Source of the DNA: an uncultured Gammaproteobacteria bacterium
GTDB taxonomy: Bacteria > Patescibacteriota > Patescibacteriia > VMEV01 > CAYQCH01
Reading direction: 5' to 3'
DNA length: 64,000 bases
Assembly: GCA_964352335.1 (NCBI GenBank)
Contig: CAYGRO010000003.1
Span: forward strand, 24,798 to 88,797
Below, in pieces: positions 39,727 to 49,815 of this stretch. Positions within the stretch are counted from its first letter, which is position 1, and every line of letters begins with the position of its first letter. A program made the position numbers and the translations under genes. Below the pieces are notes generated by a model. It was not told the DNA's origin and ran no database searches. It saw only the letters and a list, made by a program, of their open reading frames with translations.

Positions 39727-40233
39727 TTAGTACACTCGAACAGGAAAATCTATTGGAAGATTATTATTCGCACGTAGTTTTTCATAAGCAACGATATCTA
39801 ATGTAATATCATAGCAGTCGGTACCAGCTGCATGCTCATAATAAGTACCTGAACGATTAATATACTCGTATTTTGTATTTAGATATGGACGTTCATTTGT
39901 GTTTTCAAGTGCAAAATTAGCACAAAGTTTAAATGCATCTTTAGAAATCTTTGTATAAGTATAATACTCTTTTGTTTCAGGATCTTTTACTAAATTTTTA
40001 TCATAAATCCTTTCTTCGATTTCTGCTAAAGAATCTGGCAAATCTTGTTGTTGATTCCAATATGTAATTAACTCGCTATCAATGGCATTTAATGCATTCG
40101 ATCGTTGATCATCTAAACGTTTTAATCTTTGCTGTACTGGTGAACCAATTAAAACAAAACCAATAACAATGGTCGCAAAAACAAATAGAACCACTAACGA
40201 AATAAATGCCATTAATCCTTTATTTTTTTTCAT
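39727..40233 (-). CDS. Membrane-anchored pilin/GspG-like protein (possible C-terminal partner of DUF5671)
   Basis: TM helix, GSP.QQR...D.QR, LPDSL, DPET..YY.Y, FKLCANF. Confidence 0.6.
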   Translation of the reverse strand: MKKNKGLMAFISLVVLFVFATIVIGFVLIGSPVQQRLKRLDDQRSNALNAIDSELITYWNQQQDLPDSLAEIEERIYDKNLVKDPETKEYYTYTKISKDAFKLCANFALENTNERPYLNTKYEYINRSGTYYEHAAGTDCYDITLDIVAYEKLRANNNLPIDFPVRVY

Positions 40234-40693
40234 AGTTTTTTTCATCCCAAAGATAATATCCAAAAATAGAACCCGTTACCAAGAGAACTGTTAATAATTT
40301 AAGAATAAATCTTACTGTAATCTCACCATTCAAAAAGGTCATAACTAATGCAATCGTACTTCCAATGATGATTAATGCTGCTATAAAAAGCGTAAAATAC
40401 ACCAACCATTTTCGGATCCATTGTTTATGCTTGCTTGCATCTTTTTGATAAGACTTTGTTAATGTCCAAGAAGTAAAGAGATACACCGGGAAAACAACAA
40501 TAAGAAATGCTAAAGCAGTTCGAATAGCACTCTGAGCATTTTCTGCTGAATAATATTGATCTACAATGTCAGGAATCCAAGTATTAATCGCTTGGAAAGA
40601 AATAACGGTAACACTGATCGCACTCACATATAATGTCACCATTGACAAAAGATGTAAGAAAAAATCCTTTGGAGTTACTTTGGCTGTTTTCAT
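40220..40693 (-). CDS. DUF5671-like membrane protein
   Basis: PKDFFLHLL...LIVVFPVY...RKWLVYFTLF...FLNGEIT.RFILK...IFGYY; start at MKTAK. Confidence 0.7.
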   Translation of the reverse strand: MKTAKVTPKDFFLHLLSMVTLYVSAISVTVISFQAINTWIPDIVDQYYSAENAQSAIRTALAFLIVVFPVYLFTSWTLTKSYQKDASKHKQWIRKWLVYFTLFIAALIIIGSTIALVMTFLNGEITVRFILKLLTVLLVTGSIFGYYLWDEKNYEKK

Positions 40694-40740
40694 AAGTTTT
40701 GATTTATTTAGTACTTTTACTATAGCAAATTCCTCGTTCT

Positions 40741-41637
40741 TCAGGAACCTGGCAGTAAATACTTTCGTTTTTTGTATAAAATTAATCCATCTTTTATTAA
40801 TCGTGCCAATAGATGATCTAACCATTGTTTATCTTGTTTGGACTCATAGAAGAGGCCTGATATTGCTTCAATTTCTTTCCTTGTAACTCCTGCTTTGTTA
40901 TTTTTCACACACTGTAACACTTTCCCTCTATAGATTCGGTCTGGATACTTTTTCCCCATATGAATCTTTTCTTTTGCTTTTGGCAAAGAGCGTTTTGGGA
41001 TAAGAACGTTTCCAGAAAGAAATCGTTTTGATGATTTACAAGTTGTTTTAAGTGGACAAACTGAACAACTAGGCTTTTTTGAACAAACTTTTGTCCCAAG
41101 ATCAAATAATGCTTGTGGAATATCATAGTATTCTTTTGACTCCGACAAAAGTTGTAAACCAGATTTTTGTATTTTTTCATCATCTGAAAAATCAGGAAAT
41201 AGTTTTCCTAAGGAATACCTCCCTATTACTCGTCGAATAATACTATCAATGGGAAAGACTTTCTCATGAGCAGAAAATAATGCGATTGCCGATGAAGTAT
41301 AAGGACCAATTCCTTTGAGTTGAACCCATTCCTTTTGTGTTTTGGGTAAACCATCATCTATTACTTGCTTGGCGATATCTCTTAAAGCTAATGCCCGTCG
41401 GTTATAGCCTAGCCCCGACCAAGCATGAATAACATCAGCATTTGTCGCTTTTGCCAATGCAGAAAAATCTGGAAATTGTTTTAACCAATTTTTGTAAAAA
41501 TTGATTACGCGATCAACCTGCGTTTGTTGAAGCATGATTTCTGAAACCAAAATTTTATAAGGGTCTATTGTTTCTCTCCAAGGCAAGTCCCGTTTTTCTT
41601 TTTCATACCACTGTAATAATTTTGTTGCTGTTTTCAT
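40741..41637 (-). CDS. mutY: A/G-specific adenine glycosylase (HhH-GPD, Fe-S)
   Basis: RDLPWR, VSEIMLQQTQV, WSGLGYNRRA, LKGIGPYT, CSKKPSCSVCPLKTTC cluster. Confidence 0.9.
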   Translation of the reverse strand: MKTATKLLQWYEKEKRDLPWRETIDPYKILVSEIMLQQTQVDRVINFYKNWLKQFPDFSALAKATNADVIHAWSGLGYNRRALALRDIAKQVIDDGLPKTQKEWVQLKGIGPYTSSAIALFSAHEKVFPIDSIIRRVIGRYSLGKLFPDFSDDEKIQKSGLQLLSESKEYYDIPQALFDLGTKVCSKKPSCSVCPLKTTCKSSKRFLSGNVLIPKRSLPKAKEKIHMGKKYPDRIYRGKVLQCVKNNKAGVTRKEIEAISGLFYESKQDKQWLDHLLARLIKDGLILYKKRKYLLPGS

Positions 41638-41711
41638 AAACATCAAATATCGTTCTCTAAAAATAGCCCTTGTTTTTAACAAGAGCTATTAGTGTAACGT
41701 AACTAAAAAAT

Positions 41712-42092
41712 TTAGGCTAAAAACCCTTGATACAAGAAAAACAAACCAAAACAAAGATCAATAATAGCAAAAGAAATCCAAGTACTTCTTTTCGTTAATG
41801 ATTTTGTTAAAGAAATCATGCTTTGAGGAAAAAGCAAAAGCGAAATCCCTTTTAACAAAGCGATCAACCCGATAAGTGGAATAAGCATAGCCCATCCATC
41901 CCAAGAAGGATGCATAAGCAAAATACTCGCACCAGTAACTAAAGATAATAAACCAGCTAAAAGTAAAAAACCTTTATCTTTTAAATATTTATGAACCGCT
42001 TGTGCATAAAACTCTCGATTTAGTAATAAACTAATACTAATCACCGTTGTTACGATACCTATTAACCTTGTGAGAAACATTGATGGCTCCAT
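41712..42092 (-). CDS. 4-TM hypothetical membrane protein
   Basis: Four hydrophobic helices. Confidence 0.7.
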   Translation of the reverse strand: MEPSMFLTRLIGIVTTVISISLLLNREFYAQAVHKYLKDKGFLLLAGLLSLVTGASILLMHPSWDGWAMLIPLIGLIALLKGISLLLFPQSMISLTKSLTKRSTWISFAIIDLCFGLFFLYQGFLA

Positions 42093-42129
42093 ATATTTTG
42101 TAATTAAATTCTAATAAATTTATTTTAGC

Positions 42130-43215
42130 TTATTTTCTAACAATAATCATCGCAGAAGAAGCATCTTCTGGAATGGGAACATAATTACCAGAAGGATAAT
42201 CTCTTAAAGAAGTCCTAATTGTTTCATAACTATATCGAAAATCTTTTCCTCGTTTTGTCCCAGGTTCATTTGTTATAAACTCTGCTGTTTCCCAATCGAA
42301 TCCTGTTACAACCAACATATGGCGTTCTGGCCCACCATTTACAAAGTGATCATTTCTTAGGGCTTTTCCATCTACTGGAATCAAGACAAGATTCCCCTTC
42401 GACAACTCTTCTCTGATAGTAGAGGCAGCAATATTGTGTCGAACCTCAACATTCATATAGTCAAAATATTCATTAAACAATCGATCAACAGTATCTTGGG
42501 CAGATGTATCTACATAAGCACCATAGCGAGTTTTTTGTTGCTCAGCCATTGCAATAATCTGATCCCGCGAATCGTCTAGTGATATGTTTTCACCACGCGC
42601 CCAAGCAATAGCCATAAGAGTAGAAGCTTCTTCACATCCTTCTTGTTGACGCAAATCATCCCATTCTGCAAATGGTGATTGCGGTGTAAATGGTACATCT
42701 AAGGTATTTGTAAGCGCGACTTGCACTCCATCAGGAATTTTTTCTAATTGCTCATTCAAGATTGGCAAACCAAGGTTTTGAATTGATTCGTATATTTCTT
42801 CCTCTACACCTAATTGATGTTTTTGCAAATTATCGGGGTCTATATACCAAGCAAATAATGCATTTTCAATATCTAAAATAATTCTTCCAGAAAGTCTTTT
42901 TCTCAAATCTAAATCACCCACAAAAGAATCGGATACCAGAGGGATTTGCTCTAAATCTTTTGAGGTAACCCCAAGCCCAACAGTTGTAATCACGGTCTTT
43001 GCTTCATTTGGTGTTCCAACAAAATATCGTTCATTTGTTAATGGATGAACATACCAAGCATCTCCCCCGTTATTTACATCTAAAAAAAACTTACCTGCAT
43101 GAGCCTCTACAAAATTTATCTTATAAGGAAAAAAGAAAAGGGTTACCGCAAAAATTGCAGCGATAATAACAAGGCAAGCGAGAATAATTCTTACAAATAA
43201 AGCAGGTTTTTTCAT
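42130..43215 (-). CDS. Membrane-anchored C39-like cysteine peptidase with CPR surface repeats
   Basis: LDVPFTPQSP...QEGCEEAS (Cys), HMLVVTG (His), NEPGT; N-terminal WYV.P repeats as in 13150-14934. Confidence 0.8.
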   Translation of the reverse strand: MKKPALFVRIILACLVIIAAIFAVTLFFFPYKINFVEAHAGKFFLDVNNGGDAWYVHPLTNERYFVGTPNEAKTVITTVGLGVTSKDLEQIPLVSDSFVGDLDLRKRLSGRIILDIENALFAWYIDPDNLQKHQLGVEEEIYESIQNLGLPILNEQLEKIPDGVQVALTNTLDVPFTPQSPFAEWDDLRQQEGCEEASTLMAIAWARGENISLDDSRDQIIAMAEQQKTRYGAYVDTSAQDTVDRLFNEYFDYMNVEVRHNIAASTIREELSKGNLVLIPVDGKALRNDHFVNGGPERHMLVVTGFDWETAEFITNEPGTKRGKDFRYSYETIRTSLRDYPSGNYVPIPEDASSAMIIVRK

Positions 43216-43224
43216 AACTCTATT

Positions 43225-43797
43225 TTACCAAAAACTAAGAGTCATAACACCATAAGCGAGCAATACATTAAAAAAAGTATTCCCAATTAAAGCGATCGGG
43301 AAAATATAACGCAATCGATACCCAAGAAAACCAAGGGGAACGATTACCAATTCATTTGGCGCTGGTGCAATTGAAGCATAAATACCTAAAACAATTAAAG
43401 GCAAGCGAGGATTTCTTTCTTTTAATCTTGTAATTGTTGTTAAAGATTTTTGTGAAACGGCAGATGTTGTAATTTTTCTTCCCGTATCTCCAATAAAATA
43501 ACCAATTACATCTCCTGTTGTCATTCCTAAACTAATCAAAAAAATGGTAAAAAAAGGATGAAGACCTGATTGAACAAAAACAGAATAAAATGCAATAACC
43601 GGAATTGGTACAAAAACGTTAAACCCACTAATAATTGAAATAATAAATAACCCTGGATAACCAAAAGCCTGAACAATAGCTTGTATTGCCGAATCATTTG
43701 GCACAGATTTTGTTAAATAAATCGCTGTGATCAAGATAACCAAAACAATTCCTGCTTGCACAACAAGTTTAACTATTTTTTTCTGTTTTTCTTTCAT
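43225..43797 (-). CDS. DedA/VTT-like membrane protein
   Basis: GMTTGDVIGYFIG and PAPNELVIVPLG patterns. Confidence 0.7.
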   Translation of the reverse strand: MKEKQKKIVKLVVQAGIVLVILITAIYLTKSVPNDSAIQAIVQAFGYPGLFIISIISGFNVFVPIPVIAFYSVFVQSGLHPFFTIFLISLGMTTGDVIGYFIGDTGRKITTSAVSQKSLTTITRLKERNPRLPLIVLGIYASIAPAPNELVIVPLGFLGYRLRYIFPIALIGNTFFNVLLAYGVMTLSFW

Positions 43798-43837
43798 TCC
43801 CTTATTTTAGCACAAATTTCATAGATCTATAACGAAC

Positions 43838-43873
43838 GACACGCCAGATAAGATTGCTCTCATCTGACGTGTC
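43838..43873 (-). terminator. Hairpin 3' of the PNP gene
   Basis: Minus strand GACACGTCAGATGAGA-GCAA-TCTTATCTGGCGTGTC, fully paired with G-U. Confidence 0.75.
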
Positions 43874-43888
43874 TGTTGAGATAGATAC

Positions 43889-44722
43889 CTAGTCGAGGTA
43901 GGCCATCATCGCTTCGAGGAATTTCCGTAACTGTTCAGCCCGGTCAGCTCCTCGGCGGCTGATCTCTTCGTGGTCGTGCTCTTCCTTGTCATCGTTGGTG
44001 ATCAAGCAGAGCATCAAAGCACGAACACCTAGATCTCGGTACAACCGAGCAAGGTACATTTCCCACTGCCCGCTCATTCCGATGACTTCTGCCCCCCAAC
44101 TCTTGAAGAGAGGTTTTTCCGCCCACCGCCCCTCGAGATGAGGTCCACGGCAGATCATGTGAGTGGCAAGCTTACCACCCAGCTCCTCTATGGCGACACG
44201 AGAGAGCTCATGATCAACACCGTCTTCTGGGGCAGCGAAATCGTCGCCGGCAAAAGCCATTGGCGGGCTGTAGAACGAAGCACCAAGGAAAGCCCTTGGC
44301 ACAGCGATGTCCCCAACCACGAGATCCTCGGAAAGACTCCCGCAACCGCTCGTCGAGATCAAGTAGCGGACTCCTGCGTGGAAGAGCATCTCGATTGAGA
44401 GGCGTGCGAGCTTCATGCTTGGGTCTTGGTAGCCATGGATTCGGCTACAAATGACAACATCAAGCCCCTTAACCTCCATATAGCCCAGCCACTTACCGTG
44501 ACCATCAACACCATCGAGGTTCGCGACTTCTTCCAAGCCGGGAACGTCTTGAAGACGGATCTTCACCTTGAAGTCCTTGTCTTCGAAAGCATCACCCCAG
44601 CCACTACCTGGAATGATGGCAACTGCTGGGCTGCTCCCCTTTGGAATCTGCAGAAGATCCCGAAGAGCTGCCCCGGCTTTCTCTGCCGACTCGAGGCAAG
44701 CTCGATTTACACCTTTTTCCAT
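43889..44722 (-). CDS. GC-rich, divergent purine-nucleoside phosphorylase (trimeric PNP/MTAP family)
   Basis: GSGWG, GHG, RIHGY, GPHLE, IGMS...E, ITN...HEEI motifs; start at ATG 44722 or TTG 44734. Confidence 0.8.
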   Translation of the reverse strand: MEKGVNRACLESAEKAGAALRDLLQIPKGSSPAVAIIPGSGWGDAFEDKDFKVKIRLQDVPGLEEVANLDGVDGHGKWLGYMEVKGLDVVICSRIHGYQDPSMKLARLSIEMLFHAGVRYLISTSGCGSLSEDLVVGDIAVPRAFLGASFYSPPMAFAGDDFAAPEDGVDHELSRVAIEELGGKLATHMICRGPHLEGRWAEKPLFKSWGAEVIGMSGQWEMYLARLYRDLGVRALMLCLITNDDKEEHDHEEISRRGADRAEQLRKFLEAMMAYLD

Positions 44723-44797
44723 AAACACATCCAATGCCCGTAGGCTCTAGAGGAAAAGTGAGATTATCAAAGTTTTTTAGAAATGACCAATATACCC

Positions 44798-44862
44798 TTG
44801 CCAAAAACACAATAATCTGGTAAATTTTCTTTAATCTAAATTCAATTTGATAATGATTTTCA
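44798..44862 (+). promoter_or_regulatory. suf promoter and Fur-box-like operator
   Basis: TTGCCA-17-TAAATT (44798-44826); TGATAAT-G-ATTTTCA at 44848-44862. Confidence 0.6.
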
Positions 44863-44892
44863 ATTTGTATTATTTTACCTAATTTTAGCTAA

Positions 44893-46332
44893 ATGTCTAA
44901 AGAAAAAGTCCAAAAAATAGCTGATCAGGAGTATAAATATGGCTTTGTAAGCGATATTGAAATGGATATTGCTCCAAAAGGCTTAAATGAAGATACGATT
45001 AGACTCATTTCTCAAAAGAAGAATGAGCCTGATTTTATGTTGGAATTTAGACTCAAAGCTTATAAACATTGGCTTACACAAACGGAGCCAAAATGGTCTA
45101 ACCTTACCTACCCTCCTATTGATTACCAAGAAATCTCGTATTATGCCGCTCCAACCAAAAAGAAGGAGCTAAAATCTTTAGACGAAGTAGATCCAGAAAT
45201 TTTAGAAACCTTTAAAAAATTAGGCATTTCTTTAGATGAACAAAAACGATTATCCAATGTTGCCGTAGATGCCGTGATGGATAGTGTTTCTGTCGCGACA
45301 ACCTTTAAAGATAAATTAGCCAAAGCCGGTGTTATTTTTTGTTCTATTTCAGAAGCGATTCAAACTCATCCTGAATTAGTAAAAAAATATCTAGGAACTG
45401 TTGTCCCCTATCATGATAATTTTTTTGCGACATTAAATTCAGCAACGTTTACCGACGGATCTTTTGTTTATATTCCAAAAGGTGTTCGTTGCCCAATGGA
45501 ATTATCTACCTACTTTAGAATCAATGCTGCCAATACCGGTCAATTTGAACGCACACTTATTATTGCCGACGAAGGTTCGCATGTAAGTTACCTCGAAGGT
45601 TGTACAGCTCCAATGCGAGATGAAAATCAATTGCATGCTGCTGTTGTAGAATTGATCGCTTTGAAGGATGCAGAAATCAAATACTCAACCGTACAGAACT
45701 GGTACCCCGGTGACGAAAACGGAAAAGGTGGTATTTATAATTTTGTTACGAAGCGTGGATTATGTCTTGGTGAGAATTCAAAAATTTCTTGGACGCAAGT
45801 AGAAACTGGTTCTGCAATTACATGGAAGTACCCTAGTTGCATTCTGCGTGGAGATAATTCTAAAGGAGAATTTTACTCTGTTGCTTTAACAAACAATATG
45901 CAACAAGCGGACACAGGAACAAAAATGATTCATGTAGGAAAAAATACAAAGAGCACAATCATTTCAAAAGGTATTTCTGCTGGAAAAAGCAAGAACACTT
46001 ATCGTGGAATGGTTAAGGTTGCCAAGAATGCATCAAATACAAGAAACTTCACACAATGTGATTCTTTATTGATTGGATCTGAATGTACCGCCGACACCTT
46101 CCCTAAAGTGGATGTAAAAAATGCAGACTCAATGGTTGAACATGAAGCAACAACATCAAAAATTTCTGATGAACAATTATTCTACCTGCAACAACGGGGA
46201 TTAAACCCAGAAGACGCAGCAAGCTTGATTGTCAACGGATTTTGTAAAGATGTCTTTGACCAACTCCCAATGGAATTTGCAGCCGAAGCTCATCAATTAT
46301 TAGCACTTAAATTAGAAGGGACTATTGGATAA
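44893..46332 (+). CDS. sufB: Fe-S cluster assembly protein SufB
   Basis: [57 protein letters not shown]. Confidence 0.97.
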   Translation: MSKEKVQKIADQEYKYGFVSDIEMDIAPKGLNEDTIRLISQKKNEPDFMLEFRLKAYKHWLTQTEPKWSNLTYPPIDYQEISYYAAPTKKKELKSLDEVDPEILETFKKLGISLDEQKRLSNVAVDAVMDSVSVATTFKDKLAKAGVIFCSISEAIQTHPELVKKYLGTVVPYHDNFFATLNSATFTDGSFVYIPKGVRCPMELSTYFRINAANTGQFERTLIIADEGSHVSYLEGCTAPMRDENQLHAAVVELIALKDAEIKYSTVQNWYPGDENGKGGIYNFVTKRGLCLGENSKISWTQVETGSAITWKYPSCILRGDNSKGEFYSVALTNNMQQADTGTKMIHVGKNTKSTIISKGISAGKSKNTYRGMVKVAKNASNTRNFTQCDSLLIGSECTADTFPKVDVKNADSMVEHEATTSKISDEQLFYLQQRGLNPEDAASLIVNGFCKDVFDQLPMEFAAEAHQLLALKLEGTIG

Positions 46333-46339
46333 GAAATCA

Positions 46340-46405
46340 AAGGGTCAAAGCGTCAGAGCGTCAAAGAAAATAACTTTGTCGCTCTGACGCTTTGACGCAC
46401 TGACC
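46340..46405. repeat. Inverted array of short tandem units
   Basis: gtcaaagcgtcagagcgtcaaag...ctttgtcgctctgacgctttgac. Confidence 0.7.
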
Positions 46406-46413
46406 TCACAACT

Positions 46414-47178
46414 ATGTTACAAATCAAAAATCTCCATATTCAAACAGAAGGAAAAGAAATCCTTAAAGGTCTTGATCTCACAATCAAGGCTGGTGAGGTG
46501 CATGCCATTATGGGACCAAATGGTGCTGGTAAAAGCACATTGGCCTCTGTTCTTGCTGGAAAAGATCAATATGAACTCACAGACGGATCTATTTCTTTTG
46601 AAAACAATGACTTAACAAAGCTTTCTCCGGAAGAACGTTCTTTAGCTGGCATCTTCCTTGCATTCCAATACCCTGTCGAAATCCCAGGAGTGAGTAATCT
46701 TGAATTCTTTAAATCAATTGTAAACCAACATCGTATTCACAGAGGAGAAGATGCTATGGATACATTTCAATTTCAAGCATTCATGAAAGAAAAGCTAGCT
46801 GAATTTGGAATGGACGATAAACTCATGGATAGAAACTTAAACGAAGGATTCTCTGGTGGAGAAAAGAAAAAGAATGAGTTATTACAAATGGCATTACTAA
46901 ATCCAAAGTTAAAAATTCTTGACGAAACAGATTCAGGATTAGATGTAGATGCATTAAAAACAGTTGCAGAAGGTGTGAATAAATTACAATCACCTGAGTC
47001 AGCAACATTAGTGATCACACATTATAATCGTATTCTTGATTACTTGAATATCGATTTCGTACATATTATGGTTGAAGGAAAAATTGTTGCAACGGGTGGA
47101 ATAGAGTTAGCAAAAGAAATTGAAACTGATGGTTATAAAAAGTATCTTCCTAAGAAGCCTTTGACTGTTCTCAATTAA
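46414..47178 (+). CDS. sufC: Fe-S assembly ATPase SufC
   Basis: GPNGAGKST, FQYPVEIPGV, FSGGEKK, LDETDSGLDVDA. Confidence 0.97.
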   Translation: MLQIKNLHIQTEGKEILKGLDLTIKAGEVHAIMGPNGAGKSTLASVLAGKDQYELTDGSISFENNDLTKLSPEERSLAGIFLAFQYPVEIPGVSNLEFFKSIVNQHRIHRGEDAMDTFQFQAFMKEKLAEFGMDDKLMDRNLNEGFSGGEKKKNELLQMALLNPKLKILDETDSGLDVDALKTVAEGVNKLQSPESATLVITHYNRILDYLNIDFVHIMVEGKIVATGGIELAKEIETDGYKKYLPKKPLTVLN

Positions 47179-47179
47179 T

Positions 47180-47851
47180 ATGAAAACAATCGCCGCCAAT
47201 ACAATTGAATCAATGAATCAAACAAAATCTGAGCAAATGGAAATCACCATTGAAGCTGGGGCACGTTTTAATCATGCTTTAATTGGTGGTTGTGGTGACA
47301 TTATTGTGCATGTAAAAAAAGACGCTATCTACTCCCCTTTTCTTTTTTCTAATAAAGAAGATGTTCAAAAAACGAAATTACAAATCAATCTTGCAGAACA
47401 AGGAGCAGAAGTAGACTTAAAGGGATTACTTATCGCTAATGAGAAGCAAACCATCACAAGTGATGTTATCATCTCTCATATCGCAGAACATACAAATAGT
47501 AATCAATACGTAAAAACGATGGCAAATGATGAAGCAATCATCACAGCAGACGCGACTGTTCGTATTGAACGTCATGCAGCTCATTCTTCTGCACATCAAT
47601 TAGCAAAAAATCTTCTTCTGACATCTACGGCTCAAATTCAAACCGAACCTAAGCTTGAGATTGATAATGATGACGTACAAGCAAGCCATGGAACTTCGGT
47701 TGGATCATTAGATCAACAGGCTCTCTTTTACTTGCAAGCTAGAGGGATTGCACAATCTGAAGCGAGAAAACTTCTTACAAAAGCGTTTATTGATGAAATG
47801 CTCAATGAAGTAAAAGACAAAACTATTCTTGATGCCATCAATTATGAATAA
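47180..47851 (+). CDS. sufD: Short SufD
   Basis: PKLEIDNDDVQASHG...LFYLQARGI; only the C-terminal SufBD part is present. Confidence 0.88.
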   Translation: MKTIAANTIESMNQTKSEQMEITIEAGARFNHALIGGCGDIIVHVKKDAIYSPFLFSNKEDVQKTKLQINLAEQGAEVDLKGLLIANEKQTITSDVIISHIAEHTNSNQYVKTMANDEAIITADATVRIERHAAHSSAHQLAKNLLLTSTAQIQTEPKLEIDNDDVQASHGTSVGSLDQQALFYLQARGIAQSEARKLLTKAFIDEMLNEVKDKTILDAINYE

Positions 47852-49049
47852 CTTTAAAAAACAATTCCCCATTTTTACACAAACCATGAATGATAAACCG
47901 CTCGTGTATCTTGATAGTGCAGCAACAACACAAAAACCTCAGGTTGTGATTGACGCTGTAAGCAATTTTTATACTGAATACAATTCCAATATTCATCGCG
48001 GTGTTTACCAACTAAGTCAAAAAGCGACTGATGCTTATGAAGGAGCACGAAAAACTGTGGCTGAATTCATCAATGCAGAAGAAAATGAAGTAGTCTTTAC
48101 AAAAGGAGCAACAGAAGCAATCAACTTAGTTGCGCAAACCTATGGAAGAATGAATATTGAAGAAGGTGATGAAATATTGCTTACAGAAATGGAACATCAT
48201 GCAAATATTGTTCCCTGGCAAATGCTAGCAGCATCAAAGCAAGCTATCATCAAATACATTCCACTTAAAGATGATGGAAGCTTAGATCTTGCACAGGTTG
48301 ATACTTTACTTACAAAGAAAACAAAGTTTGTTTCTCTCGTATACACATCAAATACACTGGGAACAATCAATGATGTAAAACAAGTCATCGAAGCAGCGCA
48401 TCAAATCGGAGCCCCCGTATTAATCGACGCCTGCCAAACAGCAGCTCATCAAGCAATCGATGTAAAACAACTTGATGCTGACTTCCTTGTATTTTCTGGC
48501 CACAAACTTTATGGACCAACTGGAATTGGTGTTTTGTATGGAAAAAGCACACTACTTGAAGCAATGCCTCCTTATCAAGGTGGTGGTGATATGATTGAGT
48601 CTGTTACTTTGGAGAAAACAACCTTCCGAGAAGCACCTGCGAAGTTTGAAGCAGGTACTCCCAATATCGCAGGAGCTATTGGATTAGGGAAAGCGATTGA
48701 GTTTATTCAAACTATTGGATTCGAATCCATCCACACTCATGAACAAACTTTACTTGAGCATGCAACAAAAGAATTACAAATGGTTGATGGATTAACTGTG
48801 ATTGGAACAGCATCAGAAAAAGCAGCCATCATTTCTTTTATTATCAAAGGAGTTCACCCACATGATATGGGAACAATTCTAGATCAAGAAGGAGTTGCTG
48901 TAAGAACAGGACATCATTGCACACAACCAATCATGCAACGATTCAAGATTCCAGCAACCACTCGAGCCTCATTTGCAATCTACAATACGAAGGAAGACGT
49001 TGATGCATTAGTAAATGGAATTAAGAAAGCACAAGAATTACTTGCGTAA
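47844..49049 (+). CDS. sufS: Cysteine desulfurase SufS
   Basis: YLDSAATTQKP, EHHAN, FSGHK, FEAGTPN, RTGHHC. Confidence 0.96.
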   Translation: MNNFKKQFPIFTQTMNDKPLVYLDSAATTQKPQVVIDAVSNFYTEYNSNIHRGVYQLSQKATDAYEGARKTVAEFINAEENEVVFTKGATEAINLVAQTYGRMNIEEGDEILLTEMEHHANIVPWQMLAASKQAIIKYIPLKDDGSLDLAQVDTLLTKKTKFVSLVYTSNTLGTINDVKQVIEAAHQIGAPVLIDACQTAAHQAIDVKQLDADFLVFSGHKLYGPTGIGVLYGKSTLLEAMPPYQGGGDMIESVTLEKTTFREAPAKFEAGTPNIAGAIGLGKAIEFIQTIGFESIHTHEQTLLEHATKELQMVDGLTVIGTASEKAAIISFIIKGVHPHDMGTILDQEGVAVRTGHHCTQPIMQRFKIPATTRASFAIYNTKEDVDALVNGIKKAQELLA

Positions 49050-49059
49050 ACAACACTAC

Positions 49060-49157
49060 TTGTCACTCTGAGCCTGCCGAAGAGTCTCGTCCTTCTCGAT
49101 AAACTCGAAATAGTTTATCGCAAGGGACAAGATGTCTCGGCTCCGCTCGACATGACA
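49060..49157. repeat. TGTCA...TGACA REP-like element with nested hairpin
   Basis: tgtcactctgagcctgccgaagagtct...agatgtctcggctccgctcgacatgaca; inner cgataaact...agtttatcg. Confidence 0.65.
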
Positions 49158-49187
49158 AAGAACATGTTTACCGCTCTAAAAACCACT

Positions 49188-49622
49188 ATGAACTTACAAA
49201 ATCTCTACAAATCATTAATTCTCGATCATAACAAATCTCCACAAAACTTTGGAGAACTTAATGATGCCACACATTCTGCAGAAGGTTATAACCCTTTATG
49301 TGGTGATCATTATTGGGTTGAAATTAAGATGAACGGAGAGATTATTGATGATGTGAAATTTCATGGCGAAGGATGCGCAATTTCAAAAGCCTCTGCTTCT
49401 TTAATGACTTCAACAATCAAAGGGCAAGACAAACCATTTATACAAGCAACAATCAGACAATTTTTAGAAATGATCACAGGAAAAACAGAACAAGCACCAA
49501 GCCAAAGACTCGAAGCATTTAAAGGCGTGAGAGATTTCCCTACACGAACGAAGTGTGCAAGCTTAGCATGGCATGCATTGGAGGCTGCGATGGACAACAA
49601 GAACTCTGCTTCGACTGAATAA
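49188..49622 (+). CDS. sufU: SufU scaffold/sulfur acceptor
   Basis: ILDH, NPLCGD, GCAISKASAS, RTKCASLAW. Confidence 0.93.
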   Translation: MNLQNLYKSLILDHNKSPQNFGELNDATHSAEGYNPLCGDHYWVEIKMNGEIIDDVKFHGEGCAISKASASLMTSTIKGQDKPFIQATIRQFLEMITGKTEQAPSQRLEAFKGVRDFPTRTKCASLAWHALEAAMDNKNSASTE

Positions 49623-49654
49623 TTTCTTCAACTGAACAAAAAACAGAAGATGAT

Positions 49655-49786
49655 AGTCGAGCGACCTAATGGGGTCCGGGGTATTAGTGGCCCCGCACAG
49701 TAAATACTTGCGGGGTAAACTTCTGGAGTCGAGCTTGCCCCGTAAATGAACGGAGTGAATTCTACGGGGCGGCGAGCAGCGTAAAC
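49655..49786. repeat. Composite of GC-rich mini-palindromes
   Basis: CCCCGCA...TGCGGGGTAAAC (related to 62913) and GCTTGCCCCGTAA...TACGGGGC (related to the dinB 5' end). Confidence 0.65.
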
Positions 49787-49815
49787 ATTAAAAAAAACGC
49801 ACCACCCAACAAGCA

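Noticed and set aside
35529-43880. Integron attC sites after GC-rich genes (AAC...GTT-bounded hairpins at 35529 and ~43835)
   Set aside because: Poor fit to RYYYAAC/GTTRRRY, not arrayed, no integron integrase, and the genes have their own promoters.
49640-49815. tmRNA, RNase P or SRP RNA candidate
   Set aside because: No tRNA-like ends or conserved RNase P/SRP motifs seen; the hairpins match mini-palindrome families found elsewhere in the window.
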